NCBI GenBank assembly: GCA_963729625.1
Contig: CAVSOU010000010.1
Coordinates: forward strand, 832,001-896,000
From: an uncultured bacterium
GTDB taxonomy: Bacteria > Chloroflexota > UBA5177 > JANWHV01
Length of the DNA stretch: 64,000 nucleotides
Direction of reading: 5' to 3'
A program made the position numbers and the translations under genes. Below, in pieces: positions 28,611-38,707 of this stretch (positions are counted from its first letter, which is position 1; each line of letters starts with the position of its first letter). Under the pieces are notes generated by a model that searched no databases, was not told the origin of the DNA, and saw only the letters and a program-made list of their open reading frames with translations.

Positions 28611-29609
28611 TCAAACAGCATAGCCGTGGTCCGAATACCAGGTGACCGCGCGTTCCAGAGCCGCTACTATCGAGGTCGCCTCGTGGCCAAGCCCCTCGCG
28701 AGCTTTCCGATCGCTTACGAACATGTTGTGCCGCGCCATCCGCACGCCCTCCAGGGGCACAAGAGGCGAGCTGTCGCCCAGCTTACCACCCAACAAACGC
28801 AAGCGGACCTCCTCTGCCCAGCCCAAACCGAGGGCCAGACCATAGGGCACGCGGGCCGCAGGAGGCTTGCGTTTGCAGATCCCAGCCAGTATCTGCCAGA
28901 TCTGTGCGAGGCTCAGATTCTCGCCGCCGATCAGGTAGCGCTCTCCATCCTTGCCACGGTCCAGAGCGCGCAGGTGAGCCGTGGCGACATCCTCGACGGC
29001 AACGAGGTTCATGCCGCCGCCCAGGGTACCGAAAATGCGCCCGCGCATGAAGTCCACGACCATCTTCCCCGTCGGCGTCGGTTTCCAATCACCTGGTCCA
29101 ACCGGCGCCGTCGGCAGCACGAGCACCACAGGAAGACATGCCGCCAGCGCCACTCGCTCTTGCTCGCACTTCGAAGCATGGTACGAACGCGGTCCCGAAT
29201 CCCAGGCGTAATCCTCCTCGGTCGCCGGGCGAGTACCATGCGCATGACCTACGGTAGCCGAGCTGGACGTAACGACGGCACGCTCAACTCCGGCTTCTGC
29301 CGCGGCCTCCAGCAGCCCCGCACAGCCATGCACATTCGTTGCCCAGATGTCACCGCATTTCGCCGGCGCGAAGGTATAGAGCGCCGCGACGTGCACGAGA
29401 ATCCGGCACCCGCGCAGCACCGGTATGAGCGCGCCTGCTTCCCTCAGGTCACCCAACACCGGCGTGCACCCATCGACAACGGGCAGCGGTCGTGACGTTG
29501 GTCGCACCAGCGCCCGGACTGGGTATCCGGCGGAAATGAGCGCATGCAGTACGTGGCTGCCGACAAATCCACTGGCTCCCGTCAGGAAAACATCGTCACG
29601 CTGTGCCAT
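28611..29609 (-). CDS. hpnA: hopanoid-associated NAD-dependent epimerase/dehydratase
   Basis: TGASGFVG, HVAALY, YHASK, PVGPGDWKPTPTG, GERYLIGGEN. Confidence 0.9.
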   Translation of the reverse strand: MAQRDDVFLTGASGFVGSHVLHALISAGYPVRALVRPTSRPLPVVDGCTPVLGDLREAGALIPVLRGCRILVHVAALYTFAPAKCGDIWATNVHGCAGLLEAAAEAGVERAVVTSSSATVGHAHGTRPATEEDYAWDSGPRSYHASKCEQERVALAACLPVVLVLPTAPVGPGDWKPTPTGKMVVDFMRGRIFGTLGGGMNLVAVEDVATAHLRALDRGKDGERYLIGGENLSLAQIWQILAGICKRKPPAARVPYGLALGLGWAEEVRLRLLGGKLGDSSPLVPLEGVRMARHNMFVSDRKAREGLGHEATSIVAALERAVTWYSDHGYAV

Positions 29610-29631
29610 TGCTCCCCCCTGCATGTCGCGG

Positions 29632-30678
29632 TCATTTCCTGTACGGCAGTGGCAGGGTCCTGGCGCTGCTGCGCAGTACGTCCAACGCCGCACGCAAGGA
29701 CTGATACGGTGAACGGACGGTCGCCAGCACCGCCGACGGCTCGTAGCCGCAATGCGCCATACAGTTGGCGCACCGCGGATCCTTACCGCGACCATACTGG
29801 TCCCAGTTGGTCGTTTCTATCAACTCTTTGTAGCTCTTCGCGTAGCCGTCTGCCATCAGGTAGCATGGTCGCTGCCAGCCAAATACCGAATAGCTGGGGA
29901 TGCCCCAAGCCGTGCATGAAAAATCGACCTTGCCTTCCAGGAAATCCAGGAAGAGCGGCGAATGGTTCAGGCGCCACTCGGACCGCCGACCGCCGGAAAA
30001 CGCCTTGCGAAAGAGCTGTCTGGTCCGCTTCACGCCCAGGAAATGGTCCTGGTCCGGAGCCTTCTCATAAGCGTAGCCAGGAGAGATCTGCATGCTATCG
30101 ACATGCAGGTCGTCGTTCAGAAAGTCAAGCACCGCGCGAATGCTGGCGGCATCATCCTGGGAGAAGAAGGTCGTGTTCGTGCAGACGCGGAAACCCCGCC
30201 GCTTCGCTTCTTTTATGGCCTCCACGGCCTTGCCGAACACGCCCGCTCGCGATACCGACTGGTCATGACGCTCGCGCAGTCCATCTACGTGCACCATCCA
30301 GGTGAAATATGGTGACGGCTTGAATTGGTCAAGCTTCTTGACCATAAGAAGCGCGTTGGTGCACAGGATCACGAGTTTGCGCCTGGCAATCAATGCGTCG
30401 ACGATCGCGCCTATTTCCCTGTGCACAAGCGGCTCTCCGCCGGCAATTGACACCACAGGCGCGCCGCACTCCTCAACCGCGTCGACACACTGCTGCACCG
30501 ACAGCCGGCGCGCAAGGATGTCGTCCGGGTGCTGGATCTTGCCGCAACCGGCGCAAGCAAGGTTGCACTGGAACAGGGGCTCCAGCTCGAGCACGAGAGG
30601 GTACTTCGCGCGCCCCTTCAGACGCTGCTCAATGATGTACCGAGCGACGAGGAAGTTCTGCCGCACCGTGAGTGCCAT
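29632..30678 (-). CDS. hpnH: adenosylhopane-forming radical SAM protein
   Basis: YPLVLELEPLFQCNLACAGCGKI, SPGYAYEKAPDQDHF, GWQRPCYL, CANCMAHCGYE. Confidence 0.95.
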   Translation of the reverse strand: MALTVRQNFLVARYIIEQRLKGRAKYPLVLELEPLFQCNLACAGCGKIQHPDDILARRLSVQQCVDAVEECGAPVVSIAGGEPLVHREIGAIVDALIARRKLVILCTNALLMVKKLDQFKPSPYFTWMVHVDGLRERHDQSVSRAGVFGKAVEAIKEAKRRGFRVCTNTTFFSQDDAASIRAVLDFLNDDLHVDSMQISPGYAYEKAPDQDHFLGVKRTRQLFRKAFSGGRRSEWRLNHSPLFLDFLEGKVDFSCTAWGIPSYSVFGWQRPCYLMADGYAKSYKELIETTNWDQYGRGKDPRCANCMAHCGYEPSAVLATVRSPYQSLRAALDVLRSSARTLPLPYRK

Positions 30679-30756
30679 CAGTGGAAATCCTCACGAGAAT
30701 CAGGTATTTGACGAGAGCAAGTATACAGTATTATCCATTATGGGCAGTCAAGAGTT

Positions 30757-32707
30757 ATGAAGCACACCAGAGAAGGGGAGTCACACGTGGACGCGGCGTG
30801 CCGGCAGGCGGTCGACTGGTTGCTTGCGCGACAGGACCCCGCCGGCTGGTGGTGCGGGGAGCTGGAAACCAACGTGACCATGACCGTGGAGCACGTTCTC
30901 CTGCTCTGCTTTCTCGGCCTTGACTCCTATCGTGAGCGCATCAGGGAAGGTGCGATCCGGCACATCCAGGGATGTCAGCGTCGCGATGGGTCATGGAGCC
31001 TCTACTACGAAGGCGCCGCCGACGTGAGCACGACGATAGAGGCCTATGCCGCGCTGAAGGTGCTCGGCGTGGACCCGGAGTCTGAGTCGATGCGCCGCGC
31101 TCTCGCGGTTATCGTGAGGCTGGGCGGCGCGGCCAGGGCCAGGGTATTTACCAAGATCTGGCTCGCCATGTTCGGTCAGTACCCGTGGGAGGGCGTGCCG
31201 ACGATGCCGCCCGAGCTGGTGTACTTCCCTTCGAGCATCCCGCTAAACCTGTATGACTTCGCGTGCTGGGCCCGCGGCACTATCGCGCCATTGCTCATCG
31301 TGATCTCTCGCCGGCCAATCCGTCCGCTGGGCTGCTCGCTCCGAGAGCTAATCGTGCCGGGCTCCGAGCGGTTGCTCACGCGCGTGCCGGGCTCGGGATT
31401 TTTCTGGTGGCTCGACAAAGGCCTCAAACTCTACGAGCGCCTGCCATGGCACCCCGGCCGAGCCCGGGCCAGGCATCTGATCGCTCGATGGGTAGTCGAG
31501 CACCAGGAGGCTGACGGGAGCTGGGGAGGGATACAGCCGCCCTGGGTCTACTCGCTCATCGCGCTCAATCTGGAGGGCATGGATATCGATCACCCCATCA
31601 TGCGCAAGGGCATAGAAGGGCTGCAGGGGTTTCGTCGTCGAGGACCAAGGGGGTTGGCGCCTGCAGGCCTGCATGTCTCCGGTGTGGGATACCGCCTGGG
31701 CCATTCTGGCGCTAAGGCGCGCAGGCATCTCGGGAGAACACTCGAGCATTCGTCGTGCGGTCGAGTGGATTCTGGCGGAGCAGATCCATGGGGGCGGGGA
31801 TTGGCAAGTTCGGGTTGGGAACATCCCATGTGGTGGTTGGGCCTTCGAGTTTGAGAACGACATCTATCCCGATATCGATGACACCGCCGTCGTCGTACTC
31901 GCCTTGCTGGAAGCGGGCAATCGCATGCAGATCGCCGACGCTGTGGACCGCTCGGTAACGTGGACCATGGCTATGCGGTCGAAGAACGGCGCTTGGGCCG
32001 CCTTCGACAAAGACAACACGCGCGAGCTTGTCTATCGCCTGCCATTTGCCGACTTCGGAGCGCTGCTCGACCCGCCGACTGAAGACGTCACCGCGCACGT
32101 GCTCGAGATGCTTGCCCACGTCAACACACCAGAAAGAGATGCGATCGTGCGGAGCGCGCTGACGTACCTCCATCAGACCCAGCGCGCCGACGGCTCATGG
32201 TTCGGGCGCTGGGGCGTCAACTACATTTACGGCACCTGGTGTGTGATGACTGCTCTCGCGGCGTTGCAGAATTCAGGCAGCCGATCGGCAGCCGGGCCAG
32301 CGGAGGTGCGTCGTGGACACGCCGTCCCTGCTGCCGGGCGCGTGACCGGCGCCGGCGTACAGCGCATGATCGACCGTGGAGCCGCCTGGATGTTGTCGCA
32401 TCAGAACGACGACGGCGGTTGGGGCGAATCATGCTACTCGTACGCCGACCCGTCGTTTGCGGGCATCGGCACAAGTACTCCGTCACAGACTGCTTGGGCC
32501 GTTCTCGCCCTGCAGGCAGCCGGACTTGGTGAGCACCCGGCGTGCACGCGCGGGCTGCAGTTTCTTAGGGACCGCCAGGTCGGCGGAACCTGGGACGAGC
32601 CGCACTTCACCGGTACTGGCTTTCCCGGCGATTTCTACATCAACTATCACCTGTATCGTCACGTGTTCCCGCTCATGGCGCTCGCGAGCTGCACGTCCAG
32701 CCGGTAG
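30757..32707 (+). pseudogene. shc: squalene-hopene cyclase split by an apparent one-base insertion near 31626-31633 (error or real lesion)
   Basis: QW repeats, CWARGTI, GSWGGIQP, SPVWDTA, YPDIDDTA, GRWGVNYIYGT, TGTGFPGDFY. Removing one base gives LQGFVVEDQGGWRLQACMSPVWDT. Confidence 0.92.
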
Positions 32708-32739
32708 CTGTTCGGGTTCCTGCCCGAGTCAGGTGAATT

Positions 32740-33345
32740 GTCCCTTTCACGATGTCCAGCGCCTCGGCCATAGCCGTTTCCAGCGGCATAGCGCGCCCCG
32801 CGGCCCATGCCGACTGTGAACCCGCCGTACCCGATTCAGCGCGCGCAGCGCCCGTATGTGCGCTACTGAGGATGGTGCCGTGGTCGCCCACGGCCAGGCA
32901 GGTGCAGCCCTCCGGCAGGCAGGTCACGCCATGCAGAGTCCAGGTCGTGACCGAGGAGCCAAGCCGCCATGTGGCGCTGCAGTCCGCGCTCACGCCGATG
33001 GTGCCTTGCTGGCCCACTTTCACGCACGTCTGCGCATCTGGACATACGTGCCGTCGCGTGCGGCGGACGTGCCCGAGTGCTCAGCACTCCAGGACGTGCC
33101 TCGGTTGGCAGTGTGGAGGGCCATGCCGTCGCCGCCCACCGCCACGCACTGTCCGCCGGCTGGGCAGGCGATGCTCATCAGAGCGTGACACAACTCGGAG
33201 TATACGGCGTGCCGCCCTGCTCCGCTGAGAATCTGAACACCCTGGCTCACCAGCATGCGGCCGGTGCTGGGGCTGCCGGGCGGGCAGGCTGCGCCCCACA
33301 GCGTCGTGGACTTGCCCGTGCTGCCGGCCGTCCAGGACCGGCGCC
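32740..33345 (-). pseudogene. degraded beta-propeller (BNR/YCF48-like) repeat fragments joined to a regulator-like tail
   Basis: SIACPAGGQCVAVGGDG, GVTCLPEGCTCLAVGDHGTIL and LWGAACP in broken frames, then AWAAGRAMPLETAMAEAL. Limits approximate. Confidence 0.55.
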
Positions 33346-33636
33346 GCTCGCGGGACCTGTGTCCCTCCCGTTCCGGACATCGCCGTGCTTCTATGCGCAA
33401 CGGCCAAGTTCGCGGGAAGCAGCGGCCTGCGGGAGCCCTCCCACAGGCCGCTGCATGGGATCTGGGCCGGCTGCGAGGCTACTGGCTACGCAGCTGGCGC
33501 GGCGACATCTCGTTCGCGGTTTGGTGGCGGGCTCCGTTCGTGAAAAGTGGCAGGTCCGCTGCACACATCACGCGGAACGCGGTCCGGATGTTGTCACGAT
33601 GCGGCCAGTCTGGCAGCTGTCACCACGCCATTGGTC

Positions 33637-34749
33637 TCAGCGTGGATCCGGATACGGCAGATCGAGGTGCAAGCGTTCCGCGAGGCCGGCAAGGACCATG
33701 GCGACTTCAAAGTCGAGGTTGACGCCGGCTGCAGTTGAGCGGACGGCGGCTCGATGCTCCTTCTCGCCCGCGACAAGAATCTCGACGCTCGGGTCTGCGT
33801 GCGGCGATGACTTGATGCGCTGCAGAAGGTCCGCCAGTCGCCGCTTGAAAGCGGAGGGCTCGTCGAAGGCACCGATGTTAATCGCCATGAAGAAGTGTCC
33901 AAGGTCGCTCGGTTCAGCGACCCACACGCCGTGTATAAGCGGCCCGTAGAGGGAACCGGGCAGAATCGCCGACAAGATCTCCACTACCGCGCCCAGCCCG
34001 TACCCCTTATAGCCCGACGTTATACTGGGTCCGCCAAGCGGCAGAAGCCCGCCCTCCAGTCCCTCCTCCGGGGAGATTGTCGGTCGCCCGTGCTTGTCGA
34101 GTGCCCAACTCTCGGCCAGCTTCTGGCGCCTCCGCTTGGCGACTTCGAGTCGTCCTCGAGGCACGACGGAGGTAGCCATATCCAGCACAAATGCGGGCAT
34201 GCCCTCAACGGGCGCCGCGAACGCTATCGGGTTCGTGCCAAGCTGCGCCGCCTTGCCGCCGGTGGGCACCACGAGCGGGTGGCTGTTCGTGAGCGAGATT
34301 CCGATCTGGTCGTGTTCCAGGGCCATCATCGCATAGTAGCCCGCTATCCCGTAGTGGTTGGAATGGCGAACGGTGACCATGCCGAGGTCGTGCACCGCGG
34401 CCTTCTTGATCGCCATCTCCATGGCCCTGACACCTGCGGGATGGCCCATGCCATTGCGTGCATCGATTACCGCCGTGCTCGCGGTCTCTCGCACTACCGC
34501 GCACCTTGCCCGGGGATCGATGCCGCCTTCGTCTATCATAGTGACGTACCAGCCAATCCGCGCAACACCATGCGACGCGATGCCGCGCGCATCGGCCGCG
34601 ACCAGGACACTGGCCGTGGTTTCCGCGTCGGCTGCGTCGAGACCGACTGCCGTCAGGATAGCTGCTGCCAGCGCCCGCAGAGCCGGAACTTCCACCCGGA
34701 TATTGGCACTGCCGTTGCTATCCATTGCCACATCGTCCGACGTTGCCAC
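33637..34749 (-). CDS. Ldh_2 family (malate/L-lactate/ureidoglycolate) dehydrogenase
   Basis: RGIASHG, HSNHYG, GTNPIA, LDMATS, GYKGYGL. Confidence 0.92.
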   Translation of the reverse strand: MATSDDVAMDSNGSANIRVEVPALRALAAAILTAVGLDAADAETTASVLVAADARGIASHGVARIGWYVTMIDEGGIDPRARCAVVRETASTAVIDARNGMGHPAGVRAMEMAIKKAAVHDLGMVTVRHSNHYGIAGYYAMMALEHDQIGISLTNSHPLVVPTGGKAAQLGTNPIAFAAPVEGMPAFVLDMATSVVPRGRLEVAKRRRQKLAESWALDKHGRPTISPEEGLEGGLLPLGGPSITSGYKGYGLGAVVEILSAILPGSLYGPLIHGVWVAEPSDLGHFFMAINIGAFDEPSAFKRRLADLLQRIKSSPHADPSVEILVAGEKEHRAAVRSTAAGVNLDFEVAMVLAGLAERLHLDLPYPDPR

Positions 34750-35003
34750 AAGGCCTCACTGTCTCACTTGCGGCCCGCGAATCCTGGGGCCGGCGCATTC
34801 AACACGATTTGGGCGTGAACGCCAGGGAATCTTCTGGACACGCTCAGGATACAGGCGCGTGGCACGGGCGTGCTGGCCCGTTGCCTCCAAAGTACCCGAC
34901 TAATGGCAGTTCTCGGCGATAGTCAGCGACCTTGGGCCCTCGGACTTCCGCGCAACCGGGCATCGCGGGTAGAATCTGGTGCAGGGGGCTGGTAGCAAAG
35001 CGG

Positions 35004-37061
35004 ATGGTCAAACCGTTCTTCTCACTGTATTCGCATGGATTCGTCCGCGTGGCGGTGTGTATTCCACGCGTACGGGCGGGCGATCCGGCCGTCAATGCAG
35101 AGCGCACGATCGCGCTTGCGGGCCGCGCTTCAGCTGCCTCTTCGGCACTCGCGGTGTTTCCAGAGCTCGGCATCTCGGCCTATGCCATAGACGATTTGCT
35201 GCAGCAGGATGCGCTGCTCGATGGTGTTGAACACGGCTTGCGGAGCATCGTGGAAGCAAGTTCAAGCTTGACGCCCATGCTGCTGGTCGGCGCTCCCCTG
35301 CGCTTCGAGCACAAGTTGTTTGATTGCGCCGTCGCCATCTATCGTGGAGACATCCTCGGCGTGGTGCCGAAGACGTACCTGCCAAACTATCGCGAGTTCT
35401 ACGAGAAACGGCAGTTTTCCGCAAGCCGTAATGCGCTCGGCACCGAGATCTCGCTGCTTGGCCGGCGAGCCCCGTTTGGCAACGACCTCATCTTTACGGC
35501 CGGCACGGTTCCTGGTTTCGCAGTGCATGCGGAGATATGCGAGGACGTCTGGACACCGATTCCGCCCAGCACGTATGCCGCGCTCGCGGGCGCAACGGTG
35601 CTTGCCAACCTGTCAGCCAGCAATGTCACGATTGGCAAGTCGGGCTATCGCCACACCCTGTGCGCATCGCAGTCCGGTCGCTGTGTCGCCGCATATCTGT
35701 ATGCTGCCGCCGGTCTGGGAGAATCGACCACCGATCTGGCGTGGGATGGGCAGGCGTTGATCTACGAGAACGGCGAGCTGCTGGCCGAGGCTCCCCGTTT
35801 TTCCGAGCAGGATCAGGTGATCGTGTCGGATGTAGATCTCGATCGCCTGCGCCAGGAGAGAATGCGTCTCACCAGCTACGCCGACACGACAGCCGACCAT
35901 CGGGGCCGTCTCCGCCAGATGCGCACGGTCGAGTTTCCGTTCGAAGTGCCGTCAGGCGAGATCGGCCTTATCCGTCCTGTCGAGCGCTTCCCCTATGTGC
36001 CGTCGGGCGCGGCGGCGCGTGACGAGCGCGCGTACGAAGCCTACAATATACAGGTTCACGGCCTCATGACCCGCCTCCAGAGCACGGGAATCAAGACTGT
36101 AGTGATCGGCGTTTCCGGCGGCCTCGACTCGACCCAAGCGCTGCTCGTCGCCACGCAGACAATGGATCGGCTGAGACTGCCGCGCACGAACGTGCTGGCC
36201 TTTTCGATGCCCGGCTTTGCCACGAGTACCCTCACCCGGAGTAATTCGCTTGCGCTGATGTCCGCGCTTGGTGTAAGTGCGTCCGAAATCGACATCCGCC
36301 CGTCGTGCATGCAGATGCTGCGCGACCTCGGCCATGCATTCGCTGACGGCAGGCCGCTTTATGACATAACGTTTGAGAACGTGCAGGCTGGCGAACGGAC
36401 GAGCCACCTGTTCCGCCTCGCGAACCAGCACGGCGCGCTGGTTGTGGGCACCGGCGACCTGAGTGAGCTGGGGCTGGGTTGGGCGACCTACGGTGTAGGC
36501 GATCAAATGTCGCACTACAACGTCAATGTCTCCGTGCCCAAGACGCTCATCCAGTATCTCATACGCTGGGTGATCGCCAGCGGCCAATTCAATGCCGACA
36601 CTAACGCCATTCTCGAAGCAATTCTCGGCACCGAGATCTCACCCGAGCTCGTGCCGCACGCGGATGGCGACCGCGACAGGCCCGCGCAAAGCACGGAGGA
36701 AACGATCGGTCCATACGAGCTTCAGGATTTCAGCCTCTATTACATCACGCGCTTTGGCTTCCGCCCGTCGAAGGTGGCCTTCCTGGCGCGCACCGCCTGG
36801 AGCGACGTCACATGCGGCCACTGGCCGGAGGGATATCCGGCGGATCAGCGGCGAGAGTACGACCTGAAGGCAATCGTCCACTGGCTGGAAGTGTTTCTGT
36901 ACCGGTTCTTCGCGATCAGCCAGTTCAAGCGCTCCGCCATTCCAAATGGCCCGAAAGTTGGATCCGGCGGCTCGCTTTCACCTCGAGGCGACTGGCGCGC
37001 GCCGAGCGACGGCGATGCCGCGGCGTGGCTGGCTGAGCTTCGGAACAACGTGCCGGTGTAG
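35004..37061 (+). CDS. nadE: glutamine-dependent NAD+ synthetase
   Basis: [51 protein letters not shown]. Confidence 0.96.
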   Translation: MVKPFFSLYSHGFVRVAVCIPRVRAGDPAVNAERTIALAGRASAASSALAVFPELGISAYAIDDLLQQDALLDGVEHGLRSIVEASSSLTPMLLVGAPLRFEHKLFDCAVAIYRGDILGVVPKTYLPNYREFYEKRQFSASRNALGTEISLLGRRAPFGNDLIFTAGTVPGFAVHAEICEDVWTPIPPSTYAALAGATVLANLSASNVTIGKSGYRHTLCASQSGRCVAAYLYAAAGLGESTTDLAWDGQALIYENGELLAEAPRFSEQDQVIVSDVDLDRLRQERMRLTSYADTTADHRGRLRQMRTVEFPFEVPSGEIGLIRPVERFPYVPSGAAARDERAYEAYNIQVHGLMTRLQSTGIKTVVIGVSGGLDSTQALLVATQTMDRLRLPRTNVLAFSMPGFATSTLTRSNSLALMSALGVSASEIDIRPSCMQMLRDLGHAFADGRPLYDITFENVQAGERTSHLFRLANQHGALVVGTGDLSELGLGWATYGVGDQMSHYNVNVSVPKTLIQYLIRWVIASGQFNADTNAILEAILGTEISPELVPHADGDRDRPAQSTEETIGPYELQDFSLYYITRFGFRPSKVAFLARTAWSDVTCGHWPEGYPADQRREYDLKAIVHWLEVFLYRFFAISQFKRSAIPNGPKVGSGGSLSPRGDWRAPSDGDAAAWLAELRNNVPV

Positions 37062-37125
37062 ACGTCGTGCCGTCGGGACGACCGCGCCACCAGATCTACC
37101 GGCTCTCCGCCGAAGTTCGGCGACT

Positions 37126-38421
37126 ATGAAACGCACGCGTTACTCGGCCGACCAAGCAACACCAGAACGCAACGCTCCGGCAAGGGAGCGCGACCTGTGG
37201 CAGATCTGGGAGGAGCGGCGTCTGCCTGTGGCGCTTCGCACGCGGGACGGGCAGGACTTGCGCGTGCTGTTTCCCGGTGTCGCCAACACAGATGCGGGGC
37301 CGGACTTCGTCGGAGCATTTCTCGCCCTTGACAACGCCTCCCCCCAACGGGGCGATGTTGAGCTGCACCTGCGGGCCGTGTCGTGGGAGCGCCATGGGCA
37401 TCATCAGGACACCCGGTACGATCGCGTGATCCTGCATGTGGTGCTGCTGGACGATGGAGGACCCGCGCGTACGAGCGCCGGTGTACCCATCCCGCTTCTG
37501 ACGCTCGGCCCGATTCTGGCCCAAGGGTGGGAGGCCGGCGCACAGTCGGTCCAACCGGGTTCATGCCACCGTCTCGCTGCGGATCGCGCGTCCGTGCCAG
37601 GACTGGCGACCACCCTGTTGCTGGCCGGGATGGAGCGATTCGATCATCGCGTTACTTCCTGGCAAACCGCGCTGCAGACCAGGAGCCTTGAAGACTGCGT
37701 GTTGCTTGCCCTGTTGCGCAGTGCCGGCCTTGGCAGAAACGAGGCGCCGTGCGCGGCACTTGCCGCGGCTCTGGACGGTGTGACCTTGGAGGCGATACTG
37801 GTAACGGGCGGGCAGCGTGCCACGGCCACCGCCGCAGCCGTATTGCTGGGAATGGCTGGGTTGCTCGAGCTCGCCCATGCGGACCAGGAGACCCGCGATC
37901 TTTGGCTTGCACACCAGGAATTCTGGCCCGGCCGCCCTCTCTCCGCTCGAGCCTGGCGGCGGTTCCGCGTCAGACCCGCAAACTTCCCGGAGTCCCGCCT
38001 CCGGCTTGTCGCCGCGCTTGCCGGCCGGGCCGGTCTACAGCAGTTCCTTGCAGATGTCGTGGACATGATTCGCGCCGTGCCGGCGCCGTCGTGCGGGGAC
38101 TGGATGGCGATGTTCAACACGGAGAATCAGACGGCCGGGCGGTCGTGGACCCTCGAGGCACTGGCCAGCGTCTGGCTTCCGCTGGCTACTGCTTATGCCC
38201 GAGATCGGCAACTGGGCGAGCTGGCTGAGCGAGCCGTTCTCACTTATGTAAACTTCGCGGGAGGCGGCGACAACGCGGTGCTGGATCGCATGGCGCGCAT
38301 CGCCGGTTTACACGCTGTGCCACGCCGCGCAGTCGAACAACAGGGACTGCTCCACCTGTGGAGCACACATTGCAGCAGACAGCAGTGTGAAACGTGTCCG
38401 CTTGCCGCCGATCGGCTGTGA
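37126..38421 (+). CDS. DUF2851 family protein
   Basis: GPDF, GDVELH...W..HGH..D..Y..VILHV, RPANFP, QQGLLH, CSRQQCETCP. Confidence 0.85.
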   Translation: MKRTRYSADQATPERNAPARERDLWQIWEERRLPVALRTRDGQDLRVLFPGVANTDAGPDFVGAFLALDNASPQRGDVELHLRAVSWERHGHHQDTRYDRVILHVVLLDDGGPARTSAGVPIPLLTLGPILAQGWEAGAQSVQPGSCHRLAADRASVPGLATTLLLAGMERFDHRVTSWQTALQTRSLEDCVLLALLRSAGLGRNEAPCAALAAALDGVTLEAILVTGGQRATATAAAVLLGMAGLLELAHADQETRDLWLAHQEFWPGRPLSARAWRRFRVRPANFPESRLRLVAALAGRAGLQQFLADVVDMIRAVPAPSCGDWMAMFNTENQTAGRSWTLEALASVWLPLATAYARDRQLGELAERAVLTYVNFAGGGDNAVLDRMARIAGLHAVPRRAVEQQGLLHLWSTHCSRQQCETCPLAADRL

Positions 38422-38424
38422 AGC

Positions 38425-38679
38425 TCAGATGCCGCCACGATCGCGGAAGAACTCCACGACTTGCGCGCGTTCTTCTTCGCTGGCCATCACCTCTATGAAC
38501 TGCACGCGGTGCATGGGGTAGATCATGCTGGACATCCCCTGGCTGGCGTAACGCAACGGCCTGCCCTCACGCGTCCGGGGATTGAAGACTTCCACGAATG
38601 TATCCGAAGACTTCGGAAGTTCGATCATCTCGGCGAGGAACGGATCTTCTCCCGACATGTGGGCAACAATGGTTCTCAT
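38425..38679 (-). CDS. small hypothetical protein downstream of the kinase
   Basis: 84-aa ORF with GAGGA RBS, 28 bp after the kinase stop. Confidence 0.75.
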   Translation of the reverse strand: MRTIVAHMSGEDPFLAEMIELPKSSDTFVEVFNPRTREGRPLRYASQGMSSMIYPMHRVQFIEVMASEEERAQVVEFFRDRGGI

Positions 38680-38707
38680 CGTATCCTCTCAAACAGTATG
38701 GGGCCGC

